Below, one piece after another: positions 39,889 to 51,452 of a stretch of 64,000 bases of DNA; the stretch's first letter is position 1, and every line of letters begins with the position of its first letter. A program made the position numbers and the translations under genes. The stretch is from an uncultured Bacteroidales bacterium (GTDB taxonomy: Bacteria; Bacteroidota; Bacteroidia; Bacteroidales; UBA1715). The notes beneath the pieces are model-generated. The model was not told where the DNA came from, searched no databases, and saw nothing but the letters and a program-made list of their open reading frames with translations. The stretch covers positions 33,763-97,762 of the forward strand of contig CAYFVM010000001.1 in assembly GCA_964346725.1 (NCBI GenBank), given 5' to 3'.

Positions 39889-41113
39889 ATGCTTACGAGT
39901 AATCAGTATTCAACGTATTCGGTACGAGCCATAAAACTGCTTTATTTCTTGCTCTACGTAGGAATGGCGGCATGGTCTACGCAATTTTATGCTTTTTTAG
40001 AACGAGAGCGTTCACTTTCCGGTGTACAAATTGGCGCAATTGCAGCAGTACAACAAATAAACAATCTGATAATTCTTCCATTTTGGGGTATGATTTCCGA
40101 CCGATATGGTAAACGGCGGGTATTTCTTATTCTACTTGCTGTTTCAGCGCTTTGTATCGAAGGTTTTTTGTATACCGGAGGCTTTATATATTATTTGTTG
40201 TTCATCGTAGTATTTACAACATTATACAATCCATTGGCAGCCTTGGTCGATTCGTTTGCGTTGGAAAGGACAAGTATTCCTTTTGTGCGTTCATCGTATG
40301 GAAATATGCGATTATGGGCTTCATTAGGCTGGGCAGTTTCCTCTATAGGAACGGGAATGCTTATTCGATATTCGGGATTCTCTTTTTCTATAATATTCCT
40401 TATTACTACGGTATTTTTTGTCGTTGCGTGGATTATAGCCTATTTTTCATTGAATAAAAAACATGAGTACAAAACATCAAAATCGCCATCGTTCAAAACC
40501 TTGCGAGAATTGCTCATGAGTGACCGACGTATTGTATTGTTCTTTCTTTTTGACATATTATATTTTAAATTTTCCGATTCTGAATAAGATAAATATCTAT
40601 TATTCAGAAACATGCGTATCATATTTCCCCGATTTATCTGAAGAAGAATTGAATGCGAAAATAGGACTTATAGTTGGTATTGCATTTGCTGTACAATCAA
40701 TATGTGAACTTCTTTTTATGTCCTTTGCCAATTTGTTCTTCAAGCGATATGGAACGAGAAACGTAATTCTTTTTACCATGTTTGTGGCTTTTGTGCGAAT
40801 AATGTTGTATGGATTATCAACAAATCCATGGTTTTCTGTTGTGGTAGGGGCAACGCATGGCATTACTTTAGGATTGTTTTGGGTTGCTGCCGTTGGATAT
40901 GTTCACACGTTAATACCTAAGAGCCAAAACTCTACTGGTCAAATGTTGTTTAATACTTTTTTGGCAATAGGTACTTGCATTGGTAATTTACTTACCGGAT
41001 TCATGAAGGATACTATTAGCATACAAACCGGCATGATGGTTAATGCTACGATAATTCTTGGTATACTTTTGACAGGAATCTTTTTTACAAAACGCCAGAC
41101 TCATTTGGTGTAA
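39889..41113 (+). pseudogene. MFS transporter (MFS_1_like/HcaT-like) interrupted by a frameshift
   Basis: Two overlapping ORFs (39889-40587 and 40520-41113, frame +1) together make about 12 TM segments. Removing one T from the T5 run at 40547-40551 fuses them as ...RRIVLFFLLTYYILNFPIL... Confidence 0.65.
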
Positions 41114-42587
41114 TATCATCTTTCCCAAAATCAGCAAGAGTGTCTTCATTGTCAGTAATGACAAGCATTCTGTCGTTTTCTAGTAATGTGGTTTTTCCTG
41201 TAGGAACAAAAAAAACTGTATCTCGTTTTACCATGATAGCCAAGGTGTTTCCCGGTAAACCGATATTCATAAGCAAGCTTCCGTTTTGTAACATATCTTT
41301 GGTTATGGTAATTTCTGTTGCGACTGATTTAATTTCTTCTGGCAAGTCAATGTCAAAATGTTCGGGTTTTCGTAATTTTTTGGAAACACCTACAAGATGT
41401 AAAAGTTTTGCAACTTTTGTAAGGGATGTTCCTTGAACTATAAGAGAAACGAGTGTGCAAAAGAATACGATATTGAAAATTAGTTTACCATTCGGAATAT
41501 CAGCATTAAGGCAGAGTATCGCAAAAATAATAGGTACAGCACCACGTAATCCAACCCACGAAACAAATGCTTTATCTCTTATGTGCATTCGTCTAAATGG
41601 TGCGAGGCAAATAAAAACACTTAACGGACGAGAGATAAAGATAAGTACAAAACTGATAAGTAGTCCGGGGATGATAATAGGAACAAGTTCGTGAGGATTA
41701 ACTAACAGCCCCAAAATCAAGAACATGAGAAGCTGGAATAGCCAAGTTAGACCATCAAAGAATCTTATGGTAGAGTTTTTGTGGATTAATTTGCTATTCC
41801 CGATTACAAGACCACTAATGTATACTGCTAAATAGGGATTTCCTTTCAAAAAATAAGTGGTTGAAAAGATAAATAGACATGTAGTGAAGACCAGTATAGG
41901 ATAGAGAGAATCGTTTTCAATATTGAGTTTGTTAATCAGGAACACAACCAATTTTCCAAGCATATATCCCATAATAAAACCAATTATGAGTTGCATTAAG
42001 ACCATGAGTATGGCGTTAAGGAAGTTAGGTTCAGCGTTTGATTTAACTATACTAATAAGGGTGATAGTGAGCACATATGCCATAGGGTCGTTACTACCGC
42101 TTTCCAACTCAAGCATAGGGCGAAGATTGTTTTTGATTCGCATCTTTTTTGCTCTAAATATTGAGAATACCGAGGCAGAGTCTGTTGACGACATGGTAGA
42201 AGCCAATAGAAGTGATGTTACTATACTAACACCTGCCGATGCGTATGTTTTTCCCAGAATCCACCATATTGCTATTCCTGTAAACAGAGCAGTAAGAAGA
42301 ACTCCGACCGTTGATAATATAATTCCTTGTGCTAAAACCGGTTTTATGTCGTTAATGTTGGTATCCATACCACCTGAGAATAAAATGACGCACAAAGCAA
42401 TTGTTCCAACAGCTTGAGCCATTTGTATATTATCGAAAGCGATACCAAATCCATCGCTCCCAAAAAGCATTCCAACCGAAAGGAAAAGAAGTAATGATGG
42501 AACCCCAAACCTATATCCAGCTTTATCGGCAATAATACTGACGAAAAAAAGAATTGAAATAAGGAGTAGGATAAGTTCTAATTGCAT
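41085..42587 (-). CDS. K+/H+ (cation/proton) antiporter, NhaP2/CvrA type, with C-terminal TrkA-C domain
   Basis: 500 aa. N-terminus ...AGYRFGVPSLLLFLSVGMLFGSDG, 12-13 TMs, soluble C-terminal domain. Confidence 0.8.
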   Translation of the reverse strand: MQLELILLLISILFFVSIIADKAGYRFGVPSLLLFLSVGMLFGSDGFGIAFDNIQMAQAVGTIALCVILFSGGMDTNINDIKPVLAQGIILSTVGVLLTALFTGIAIWWILGKTYASAGVSIVTSLLLASTMSSTDSASVFSIFRAKKMRIKNNLRPMLELESGSNDPMAYVLTITLISIVKSNAEPNFLNAILMVLMQLIIGFIMGYMLGKLVVFLINKLNIENDSLYPILVFTTCLFIFSTTYFLKGNPYLAVYISGLVIGNSKLIHKNSTIRFFDGLTWLFQLLMFLILGLLVNPHELVPIIIPGLLISFVLIFISRPLSVFICLAPFRRMHIRDKAFVSWVGLRGAVPIIFAILCLNADIPNGKLIFNIVFFCTLVSLIVQGTSLTKVAKLLHLVGVSKKLRKPEHFDIDLPEEIKSVATEITITKDMLQNGSLLMNIGLPGNTLAIMVKRDTVFFVPTGKTTLLENDRMLVITDNEDTLADFGKDDITPNESGVL

Positions 42588-42632
42588 CTATTACTATTTT
42601 TATGGTACAAAGGTAATAATTTCCGGCCTAAT

Positions 42633-42666
42633 AAAAAAAAGACGATCTAGTTGAAAATCGTCTTTT
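42633..42666 (-). terminator. Intrinsic terminator after the LOG-family gene
   Basis: Stem aaagacgat / atcgtcttt. The minus-strand reading is followed by T8. Confidence 0.7.
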
Positions 42667-42685
42667 GTGGGTATTTTGTCTATTT

Positions 42686-43396
42686 TTAGAAATTGGGTCG
42701 CAGTTCTGATTTGGAGTAGAATTTGTTTATGATTTCAACCGCTTCATCTGCTGTATCTACTACTTGAATTAAATCCATATCAGTAGGGCTTATGTTTTTC
42801 TCTTGTTCTAACATTACTGTCTTAATCCATTCCATTATTCCACTCCAATATGATTTACTTACTAATACAATAGGGAAGTGTTCTATTTTTCCGGTTTGAA
42901 TCAATGTTACTGCTTCAAATAATTCGTCTAGCGTTCCAAATCCGCCTGGCATAACCACAAATCCTTGTGAATAACGCATAAACATTGTTTTTCTCGTAAA
43001 GAAATAGTCAAATGTAATTACTTTGTCGTGGTCAATATATTTGTTGGCACATTGCTCAAATGGCAGTGTTATGTTTATTCCCACAGATTTCCCTTTTGCT
43101 TGTTGAGCTCCAAGATTACCTGCTTCCATTATACCCGGACCACCACCGGTAATTATTCCATACCCATGTTTTGTGAGTTTGTAGGCAATTTCTGTTGTTA
43201 ATTTGTAGTATTCGGAATTTGGTTTGGTACGTGCTGAACCAAAAATAGAAACACATGGACCTATTTTTGTTAATTTTTCAAATCCTTCTACAAACTCCGA
43301 TATGTATTTGAAAATTTCCCAAGTGTTTTCAGCCTTTATATTTTCCCATTCTCTTTGGTTAGCAAATCCTTCGTTGCTGATTTCGTTTTCGTTCAT
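42686..43396 (-). CDS. LOG-family (TIGR00730) nucleotide phosphoribohydrolase
   Basis: 236 aa, GGGPGIMEAGN and PGGFGTLDELFE motifs. Confidence 0.88.
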   Translation of the reverse strand: MNENEISNEGFANQREWENIKAENTWEIFKYISEFVEGFEKLTKIGPCVSIFGSARTKPNSEYYKLTTEIAYKLTKHGYGIITGGGPGIMEAGNLGAQQAKGKSVGINITLPFEQCANKYIDHDKVITFDYFFTRKTMFMRYSQGFVVMPGGFGTLDELFEAVTLIQTGKIEHFPIVLVSKSYWSGIMEWIKTVMLEQEKNISPTDMDLIQVVDTADEAVEIINKFYSKSELRPNF

Positions 43397-43436
43397 AAAG
43401 TTTATTTTAAAATGTCAAAGATAATAGTTAGAGGTA

Positions 43437-46268
43437 TTATTTCAAAATGTTTTTCAGAAACTGACCTGTGTAACTTTCTGAAATGGTTGAAATCTTTTCT
43501 GGAGTGCCGGTCGCTATTATTTTGCCACCATGTTCTCCGCCATCGGGACCAATGTCAATAATGTAATCAGCAACTTTGATTACGTCAAGATTGTGTTCTA
43601 TAACAATGACTGTATTTCCTTTTTCTACTAATTTTTGTAGAACGCCAAGTAAAATGTGTATGTCGTGGAAATGCAGACCTGTTGTGGGTTCGTCCAAAAT
43701 GTAGAGGGTGTTACCGGTGTCTTTCTTAGATAATTCGGTAGCTAATTTTACTCGTTGCGCTTCGCCACCGGAAAGGGTGTTTGAAGGTTGTCCTAATTTT
43801 AAGTAACCCAAACCTACCTCTTGCAAGGTTTTCAGTTTGTCATGTATTGATTTTATGTTTTCAAAGAATTCAACTCCTTGATTTATAGTTAAATCCAACA
43901 CATCGCTGATAGATTTCCCTTTGAAATGAATTTCTTGCGTTTCTTTGTTGTAACGTTTTCCGTTGCATTTATTGCAGGTAACGTACACATTGGGTAAGAA
44001 ATTCATTTCTATCACTTTCACTCCGGCGCCCTTGCAGGCTTCGCAACGCCCACCTTTTACGTTGAATGAAAATCTTCCTGTGCTGTATCCTCGCATTTTT
44101 GCTTCAGGCAATGCTTCAAACAATTTGCGTATATCATTAAAAATGTTGGTGTAGGTTACAGGGTTTGAACGAGGTGTTCGTCCTATCGGTGATTGATCAA
44201 CTTCTATCACTTTGTTGATATTGTCAATACCTAAAATTTCCTTGTATGGAAGAGGTTCTTCTTTTGCACGAAAGAAATATTTGTTGAGAATAGGATGAAG
44301 CGTTTGGTTTATAAGGCTTGATTTTCCACTACCTGAAACGCCGGTTACACAAATAAATGTGCCAAGGGGAAAGGTTACCGATACATTTTTAAGGTTGTTT
44401 CCGGTTGCTCCAAAGAGAGATAAGGTTTTACCATTTCCTTTTCTTCGTTCTTTTGGTATCTCTATTTCCTTTTTTCCGGTTAAATAATCAATGGTGAGAC
44501 TTGATTGTTTGAGAAATTCTTCTTGTGTACCTAAAGCAACAATTTCGCCACCTTTTCGTCCGGCTCCTGGTCCAAAATCGACTACATAATCGGCGGAACG
44601 AATCATATCTTCATCGTGTTCAACTACAATCACAGAATTTCCTGCATCGCGCAGTTTTTGAAGAGAATTAATTAACTTAATGTTATCTCGTTGATGCAGA
44701 CCTATACTCGGTTCGTCAAGAATATACAATACGTTTACGAGTTTTGAACCTATTTGAGTTGCCAGTCTTATGCGTTGATTTTCACCTCCTGAAAGTGTTC
44801 TCGAACTTCTATTGAGTGTGAGATAGGGCAATCCAACATCTAGAAGAAATTCAATTCTCGTTTTTATTTCCTTAATAATTTCTTGTCCTATGTAAAACTG
44901 TTGTTTTGAGAGATTTTCAGGCAAAGAACAAACCCATTCGTACAGCTTTTCTATTGTAAGATCTGATATTTTTGCAATGTTTTTTCCGGTGATTCTAAAA
45001 TATAACGATTCTTTTTTTAGTCTCTGTCCATGGCATTCAGGACAAACCGCTTTTGAAATGAAATAGTTTTCATTTTGTTTTGGATCGTCTTGAAACTCTA
45101 GTTGTTTTTCTATCAACGCTAAAATACCGTCAAACCCTATGAAATAATTCGCATCGACGTTGGTTGGAATTGTAATGAAAGAAAACATGTCTTGCGAACC
45201 GTAAATGATAGCATGTTGGCATTCTTCTGAAAGCTCGCTAAATGGAGTGGTAAGTTTATATCCATATTTCCCTAAAATAGCTTCCAATTTGCAGAATATC
45301 ATGGTGTCCTTGTGTGCACCGAGAGGTTTTATAGCTCCTGCTTTTATAGACAGTTTTTCGTTGGGTATAATTTTTTCTATATCAACTTCGTCAACATACC
45401 CGAGTCCACTACAACGCGGACATGCACCTTGGGGCGAGTTAAAAGAAAATGAATGCGGAGCCGGTTCTTCATACGATAATCCTGTAGTGGGGCACATCAA
45501 TTTCCTGCTATAGTATTGGATATGGTCGCTATCCATTTCGGCAATCATAATCACATTTTTACTCATTTTCATGGCTGTGTCTATCGATTGTCTAATGCGA
45601 GAATCTTCGCTATCGCTTATTTTGAATTTATCAATAACGAGTTCTATATTGTGAGATTTGTAACGGTCTAGTTTGAGTCCGAAAGAGAGTTCGGTAATTT
45701 CTCCATCAATACGAGCGTACAAAAATCCTTTACGACGGTATTGTTCAAAGAGTTCTTTGTAATGACCTTTTCTTCCTTTAATAATAGGAGCAAGGAGATA
45801 TATCTTTTTTCCGTTGTATTTATCGTAGATTAATTCTATGATTTTTTCGGTAGTGTATTTTACCATTTTTTCTCCCGTTTCGTACGAAAACGCTTCTCCG
45901 ATTTTGGAGTAGAGTAGGCGGAGAAAATCATAAATTTCAGTTATTGTTCCAACCGTTGAACGAGGATTTTTGTTGGTTGTCTTTTGTTCTATTGAGATAA
46001 CAGGGCTCAATCCTGAAATCTTGTCAACGTTGGGACGTTCCATTGCTCCCAAAAATTGGCGAGCATATGCAGAAAATGTTTCTATATATCGTCGTTGTCC
46101 TTCGGCGTATATTGTGTCAAATGCTAATGAAGATTTCCCGCTGCCACTCAATCCGGTGATAACGGTAAGCGAGTCGCGAGGAATGGTCACATTTACATTT
46201 TTAAGATTGTGTTCGCGTGCGCCTTCTACTATCAGGTTATTGTTCTGTTGTATGTGTTTGTCTTGCAT
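43437..46268 (-). CDS. uvrA: Excinuclease ABC subunit A
   Basis: Two ABC ATPase modules ([23 protein letters not shown]), LSGGE signatures and Zn-finger Cys pairs. The ATG at 46268 overlaps the upstream stop (TAATG). The TTG at 46289 is rejected. Confidence 0.96.
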   Translation of the reverse strand: MQDKHIQQNNNLIVEGAREHNLKNVNVTIPRDSLTVITGLSGSGKSSLAFDTIYAEGQRRYIETFSAYARQFLGAMERPNVDKISGLSPVISIEQKTTNKNPRSTVGTITEIYDFLRLLYSKIGEAFSYETGEKMVKYTTEKIIELIYDKYNGKKIYLLAPIIKGRKGHYKELFEQYRRKGFLYARIDGEITELSFGLKLDRYKSHNIELVIDKFKISDSEDSRIRQSIDTAMKMSKNVIMIAEMDSDHIQYYSRKLMCPTTGLSYEEPAPHSFSFNSPQGACPRCSGLGYVDEVDIEKIIPNEKLSIKAGAIKPLGAHKDTMIFCKLEAILGKYGYKLTTPFSELSEECQHAIIYGSQDMFSFITIPTNVDANYFIGFDGILALIEKQLEFQDDPKQNENYFISKAVCPECHGQRLKKESLYFRITGKNIAKISDLTIEKLYEWVCSLPENLSKQQFYIGQEIIKEIKTRIEFLLDVGLPYLTLNRSSRTLSGGENQRIRLATQIGSKLVNVLYILDEPSIGLHQRDNIKLINSLQKLRDAGNSVIVVEHDEDMIRSADYVVDFGPGAGRKGGEIVALGTQEEFLKQSSLTIDYLTGKKEIEIPKERRKGNGKTLSLFGATGNNLKNVSVTFPLGTFICVTGVSGSGKSSLINQTLHPILNKYFFRAKEEPLPYKEILGIDNINKVIEVDQSPIGRTPRSNPVTYTNIFNDIRKLFEALPEAKMRGYSTGRFSFNVKGGRCEACKGAGVKVIEMNFLPNVYVTCNKCNGKRYNKETQEIHFKGKSISDVLDLTINQGVEFFENIKSIHDKLKTLQEVGLGYLKLGQPSNTLSGGEAQRVKLATELSKKDTGNTLYILDEPTTGLHFHDIHILLGVLQKLVEKGNTVIVIEHNLDVIKVADYIIDIGPDGGEHGGKIIATGTPEKISTISESYTGQFLKNILK

Positions 46269-47191
46269 TATTTTAATTTCCTCTCGCAATCCTCTATGAG
46301 AATTATTTTGTATTCCACACCGTCTTTGTTTGGCAAAAATTTATCACGAAGCCATGGGTTTAACGTCTTGAGCATTTTGTAGTTAGAACCTTGACTGCGT
46401 GCAAATTCGGCTAAATTTGATATACTTGTATCAACAGTTACAATTTTTTGTTTGATTATAGGATATGGTTTTATGTTGTAATATCCATATTGTTCCGGAG
46501 ATTCAATTATGAGTTTAAACGCTAAAATTCTATAAATATATCTACTTGTTTCGGAATTGGTGTATAAGTCATAGAACGAGGATATTTCTTGAAATCCAGC
46601 TTGTTTTGCTGTGCCATTGACTCCTAGGTTGTATGAAGCAGCAGCCATGGTCCAATTCCCAAATTTGTTGTAGGCAAATTGAAAATACTTACAAGCGGCT
46701 TCTGTAGCTTTTATCATGTCGTAACGTTCGTCAATTTCATCGGTAACGGTGAGTCCGTATTGTTTTGCGGTAGATTCAATAAATTGCCAAAAACCTGCAG
46801 CTCCCTTGGGAGAAATATTTACTCGTAATCCACTTTCGGCCACAGCCAAATATTTAAAGTCAGAAGGAATGCCGTTTGCCAATAGTATGCTATCAATGAT
46901 AGGGAAATAGCGATGAACGTATTGCAGAATTTGCGTTGTTTGAGATTGATAGTATATGTTTACTAATAGTTCGCGTTCAAGACTTTCGGCTACATCAAAA
47001 TATTCAAGAGGAACTCGTTCTCCAAATAGTGTAGCAGTTTTGGGTATGTATATTTGTTGAGAAACTATAAATGTGCTATCGGGAGGAGTATTTTTGTGCG
47101 TTTCATCTTTCGCTGTTGCTGCTGTTACAATAATGAAAGCCGAAATTACTCCTATAATGATAATAAAATAGGAAAAGAATTTTTTAAGCAT
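46268..47191 (-). CDS. Lytic transglycosylase (SLT domain), membrane anchored
   Basis: 307 aa, [32 protein letters not shown]...AASYNLG. Confidence 0.8.
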   Translation of the reverse strand: MLKKFFSYFIIIIGVISAFIIVTAATAKDETHKNTPPDSTFIVSQQIYIPKTATLFGERVPLEYFDVAESLERELLVNIYYQSQTTQILQYVHRYFPIIDSILLANGIPSDFKYLAVAESGLRVNISPKGAAGFWQFIESTAKQYGLTVTDEIDERYDMIKATEAACKYFQFAYNKFGNWTMAAASYNLGVNGTAKQAGFQEISSFYDLYTNSETSRYIYRILAFKLIIESPEQYGYYNIKPYPIIKQKIVTVDTSISNLAEFARSQGSNYKMLKTLNPWLRDKFLPNKDGVEYKIILIEDCERKLK

Positions 47192-48272
47192 TCTGTTTTT
47201 TAAATAAGAGATTGTTTTTATTTCGAATAATCAGGTTCATACAGTATGCCGTTATAAAAACGACGCATGCATATACAGTAAGCACAATTGCTATACTTTT
47301 TGAAAAATACGATTGATAGAAAATGATAATACATGTTGAAGCAAGCGTTCCTATAAGTGTTATCACATCAAGCAGAATAACCGTTTGTTTAATTGTAAAT
47401 CCTTGGTATACTAAGCAATGTGTGGTATGAAATCTATCGCCGACAAATGGAGAACGTCCTGCTAAAAAACGGTTAAATGCAACGGTTGCTGTATCCGTAA
47501 GGGGAACGAGGAATACAAGTGCTACAAGTAAAATTTGTTCGTAGTTAAACCCAATGGCAGTACCTGCTGAATTCCATATGTATTTTATACTAAAATACAC
47601 TAAGAATATACCCAATAGTTGGCTACCATTATCTCCCATGTACATTTTAGAGGGATACCAATTCCAACGCAAGAATACGCAAATCCCAGCAATTACCGAT
47701 ATAATGAGTATAAAATCTGAGGTATTTCCTTGGCTTAATGCAATAGCTGAAAATCCGGTAAGAATAATACCAGAAACTGATGCCGTTATGCCATCCATAT
47801 TGTCAAGCATATTGATACTATTCATGATTCCAACAACCCAAAATATAGTAAGTCCTGCATTTAAAAATACATTTTCCGAAGTGGTAATGTGTGAGTCGGT
47901 TGCAATGAGTATAATAGCGCACAACAGTTGGAAAATAAGTTTAAAGACTGGTGAAAAATTTTTCAAGTCATCTACAAAGCCCATCCCAAATCCGATGATG
48001 CAACACACGGGCACAATCCAGTTTGGAGAATTATTTTCAAGGAAAATACTAACGATAAAACCTATAACAACACAAACTAAAAATATAATTCCGCCTATTA
48101 TTGGTTTTGATTGTGAGGCAAATCTTTCACCTGTTTCATTTTTTTTGCGAAGCAGGTTTATAACATTGTGTTTTAGTAAATATGTATAACCAAAAAAAAC
48201 TATTACGCACATGCTTGCGAAGTAGGCTATATAAAGTACAACATTAACTGTTGTGGTGATGTCTATGCTCAT
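47184..48272 (-). CDS. Polyprenyl-phosphate sugar-1-phosphate transferase (GT4 MraY/WecA family)
   Basis: 362 aa, multi-TM. Motifs DDLKNFSP, NSINMLDNMDGI and MGDNGSQLLG. Confidence 0.8.
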   Translation of the reverse strand: MSIDITTTVNVVLYIAYFASMCVIVFFGYTYLLKHNVINLLRKKNETGERFASQSKPIIGGIIFLVCVVIGFIVSIFLENNSPNWIVPVCCIIGFGMGFVDDLKNFSPVFKLIFQLLCAIILIATDSHITTSENVFLNAGLTIFWVVGIMNSINMLDNMDGITASVSGIILTGFSAIALSQGNTSDFILIISVIAGICVFLRWNWYPSKMYMGDNGSQLLGIFLVYFSIKYIWNSAGTAIGFNYEQILLVALVFLVPLTDTATVAFNRFLAGRSPFVGDRFHTTHCLVYQGFTIKQTVILLDVITLIGTLASTCIIIFYQSYFSKSIAIVLTVYACVVFITAYCMNLIIRNKNNLLFKKQNA

Positions 48273-50667
48273 TGTGTTTCTTCCGTCTAAACCTATCTAA
48301 AAAGTTGCATTTTTTTGTATTTGTGTTTTCGTATGAATAATATCCATACCCAAATCCGTATCCATATCCATACCCACTATATCCATATCCGTTATTACTG
48401 TATCCATACCCGTATTTAGACGAAACAATGGAAACGCCATTTAATATTACAGACAAATTGTGAATTTTTGCTTGTTCGTGCAAATAATTTATATTGTTGA
48501 TAAACATGCGTTTAGAATAATTTGCACGTGATACATAAATTGGCAAATCAGCACGTTGGAAACTAAAAATAGCATCACTCACAATACCAATAGGAGGTGT
48601 ATCAATAATAATGATATCATATTCGGTTTTGAGTTCTTCAAGCAATTCGTCAAATCTCTTCGAATTAGCCAATTCTGTAGGGTTCGGTGGCTTTGGTCCA
48701 GATGGTATAATATCAAAGGTTTCAAAGTCAGTTTTAATAATGCAATCCTTGTATGAGTTTTTGCCAATAAGGATGGTACTCATTCCAATCTTGTTATGTG
48801 CATTGAACGACAAGTGAACTTTTGGTTTACGGAGGTCAAGGTCAAGTAGAATAACTTTTTTACCACTAAGCGCAAATACACCACCAAGATTTATGGCAAT
48901 AAACGTTTTCCCTTCGCCGGAAATTGTTGAGGTTACAGCAATGATTTTATTCTTTTCTTTTGATGGTAGCAAAAATTCAAGGTTCGAGCGAAGAGTCCTA
49001 AATGATTCTGTAATGACCGAATCAGGTTTGTTTTCAACCACAAAGCGATGAATTTTGTCTGATGAATGTGTGATTGGAATAACTCCCGAAATTGGAGCGT
49101 TGGTGTATTTTGAAATGTCGTCAATTGATATGATAGAGTTAAACAGCATGTAGCTGATAATCGTTACCATGAAAATGAAGAAGAAACATCCAACTATACA
49201 AACAAACGTAACGTATGAATGGATAGGAGAAATGGGATTCGTAGGAATTGTAGATTTCTGTAATATTAAGTTGTTCGTGATATATCCGGCTTTTGAAATA
49301 AGATATTCTGCACGTTTTTCCACTAACTGATTATAGAATTTTTGATGAACATCATATATTCGTTTGAGTTTTGCCAACTCGGTTTCATTGAATGAAAAAC
49401 TAGGTTTGCTTGATAACTCTTTGAGTGAATTAACTTCGTTTTGTAGTTTTTTATTCGTGATATCAATAATAGTTGCTAAATGTTTCTTTTGTTCTTCAAT
49501 TTGTTGGTCTATAACTTTTATCTTATGATTGTTGGGAGTGAGCGTCATAAGTAGTTGTTCTTTTTGTTTTTGAAGTTGTTGAATTCCATTGAGGAAATTC
49601 AATATCATTGATTCAGATGAGGTGCCTGATAATGCAGAAATTGCGCCCATGATATCAAAATTTTCGCCAATCTGTATTTTCCTATTTACTCTATTGAGCG
49701 TTTGCATTTGCATCTGATATTTTTCAATATCTTGAGCATTGTTTAAAGATTCTGTGTTGCTTTCAAGAATGTTGCCGGTAATTTTGTTTTCTTTTTTGAA
49801 TTGTTCTAGTTTTTGCTCAGAGTCAGTGAGTTGAGCGTATACAATTTCAAGTTGTTCGTTGATGAATTTCAATATTTTTTCAGCACGTTCTTGCTTTTTT
49901 TCTACGTTGTACGCAAGGAATTTCTCGGAAATAGTATTTACAATTTCTGATGCTTTTTGTGCATTTGTGCTGGTGTATTTTATTTGAATAGTGTTGGCTG
50001 CAGAACTCAAAATAAATACTTCAAGTTTTCCAAATTGTGTAGATAATGCTGTCGCTTCATCATAGTTGATAAAGTAAAATTTAGTGCTTCTATCCGAAAA
50101 TGATTCTGGAGAAATAATGTTCACATATATTTTACATCCATTAATTTCTGTCCATTCGTTTTTATTGATATCTATAGAATAGGTTTTGTATTCGTCAATA
50201 TTGTAACTAATGGTAACTTTGTTGGTCTCGGAGGAGTAATTAACATAAATTGGTTTGTTTTGAATAGGAGCTTGAACGTTTTCAAGTTCAACAAAGAATG
50301 GCGAACGTTTATATAATTCTGAAGAAACAAAATGACCTTCGCCAAAATAGTTGGTTTGTAAGTTTAGTTGTTGAAGTGTACGTTTTAAAAATTCAGAAGA
50401 ACGAATTAATTCAATCAAATTGGTGAGTGACGATTGTCCATAGGTTGATTTAATATTGAGTAATTCTGTTTCTCGCTCTTCATTGTTGATTTGTAAAACT
50501 GAGCTAGTTTCGTATATAGGTATGGTGTATCGAATATATAGTTTAGCGCCAACAAATGTTATTACAATAGACATCAAATAAATCCAAATGTTCTTTTTTA
50601 CAACAATCCACAGTTTGTTTATATCAAAAGAATCATTGAATGCTGGTATTTTCTTTGATTTTGCCAT
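48244..50667 (-). CDS. Polysaccharide co-polymerase / tyrosine autokinase (Wzc/GumC-like)
   Basis: 807 aa: Wzz-type N-terminus, long coiled-coil periplasmic region, second TM, and kinase Walker A SGEGKTFIAINLG. The C-terminal Tyr cluster is YGYGYSNNGYGYSGYGYGYGFGYGYYSY. Confidence 0.88.
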   Translation of the reverse strand: MAKSKKIPAFNDSFDINKLWIVVKKNIWIYLMSIVITFVGAKLYIRYTIPIYETSSVLQINNEERETELLNIKSTYGQSSLTNLIELIRSSEFLKRTLQQLNLQTNYFGEGHFVSSELYKRSPFFVELENVQAPIQNKPIYVNYSSETNKVTISYNIDEYKTYSIDINKNEWTEINGCKIYVNIISPESFSDRSTKFYFINYDEATALSTQFGKLEVFILSSAANTIQIKYTSTNAQKASEIVNTISEKFLAYNVEKKQERAEKILKFINEQLEIVYAQLTDSEQKLEQFKKENKITGNILESNTESLNNAQDIEKYQMQMQTLNRVNRKIQIGENFDIMGAISALSGTSSESMILNFLNGIQQLQKQKEQLLMTLTPNNHKIKVIDQQIEEQKKHLATIIDITNKKLQNEVNSLKELSSKPSFSFNETELAKLKRIYDVHQKFYNQLVEKRAEYLISKAGYITNNLILQKSTIPTNPISPIHSYVTFVCIVGCFFFIFMVTIISYMLFNSIISIDDISKYTNAPISGVIPITHSSDKIHRFVVENKPDSVITESFRTLRSNLEFLLPSKEKNKIIAVTSTISGEGKTFIAINLGGVFALSGKKVILLDLDLRKPKVHLSFNAHNKIGMSTILIGKNSYKDCIIKTDFETFDIIPSGPKPPNPTELANSKRFDELLEELKTEYDIIIIDTPPIGIVSDAIFSFQRADLPIYVSRANYSKRMFINNINYLHEQAKIHNLSVILNGVSIVSSKYGYGYSNNGYGYSGYGYGYGFGYGYYSYENTNTKKCNFLDRFRRKKHNEHRHHHNS
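48331..48414 (-). repeat. Low-complexity Gly-Tyr coding repeat (Wzc tyrosine cluster)
   Basis: The DNA reads as reiterated ccatatcc/ccataccc units encoding 12 Tyr in 28 residues. Confidence 0.8.
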
Positions 50668-50669
50668 CG

Positions 50670-51422
50670 TTAGTTAAAAAGAGTAAGAATCATTGTGAAG
50701 AGAGCCATTAGAGTAATGTATGGTGAAATTTCTCTTGCGATTTTTGTTGCGTATCGAGGTTTGGAATCAACATACACAATGTCGTTTGCCTCAAGCATTA
50801 TGTTGGCTTTTTTAAATTCTTGTAAATCCCTGAAGTTGAAGTTGAATACTTCGGGGTTTTTGTTGTTTCCGCGTAGTAATTTAATCTTATATGACTTGCT
50901 ACTTTCTGTTAATCCTCCTGCTTCAGCAAACGCCTCAATGAGCGTAAGGCCACTTTCTGGTATTTCAATTTTTTGTCCTTTTGTTCCTTCGTCAAAGAAC
51001 AAAATAACTTTACGATTGGTAATCGTAATTTTTACAAATGGAACTTGATAATATTTAGAGAGTTCTTTTTCGAGCAAAAATTCTGCAGAATCTTTGGTCA
51101 TGCCGCCTAATTTAATTTCGCCCACTGTTGGTAGTTTTACAATGCTATCTTTACGAATCATGTAGGTAAGGGAAGAATTTTGGCTGCTCAAGCCTGATCC
51201 GCCTATACCTGATTCGGATTCAAGAAGTTGGTACCCATTATTGGTAGACATAATGATTTCCAACTCATCAAATGGTTGAAGAACCGTTATGCGTGGCGTT
51301 TCAGAGAATTCTGTATATTTGAAGTCATTGTCGGTTTGAAACATGACTGTCGGACGAAAGATTTTGCACGAAGTCAGTGCTAGACAAGTCATACAGACGA
51401 AAAAGAAGAAGACACGTTTCAT
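50670..51422 (-). CDS. Polysaccharide export outer-membrane protein (Wza-like: Poly_export + SLBB)
   Basis: 250 aa, lipoprotein-type signal (...ALTSC), and sits directly upstream of the Wzc-like gene. Confidence 0.8.
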   Translation of the reverse strand: MKRVFFFFVCMTCLALTSCKIFRPTVMFQTDNDFKYTEFSETPRITVLQPFDELEIIMSTNNGYQLLESESGIGGSGLSSQNSSLTYMIRKDSIVKLPTVGEIKLGGMTKDSAEFLLEKELSKYYQVPFVKITITNRKVILFFDEGTKGQKIEIPESGLTLIEAFAEAGGLTESSKSYKIKLLRGNNKNPEVFNFNFRDLQEFKKANIMLEANDIVYVDSKPRYATKIAREISPYITLMALFTMILTLFN

Positions 51423-51452
51423 TTTGGGTATTTTGACAACAAATATAATATT

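Noticed and set aside
40578-40609. A perfect 10-bp inverted repeat (ttctgaataa ... ttattcagaa) with an inner gata/tatc pair, sitting exactly at the stop codon of the first MFS ORF. I considered a MITE-like insertion or a terminator as the cause of the split.
   Set aside because: In the frame of the second ORF this stretch encodes ILNKINIYYSE, which fits the expected transmembrane and YY region of the family. The element's length does not restore the frame if excised. No T run follows it. The T5 indel 30 nt upstream explains the split more simply.
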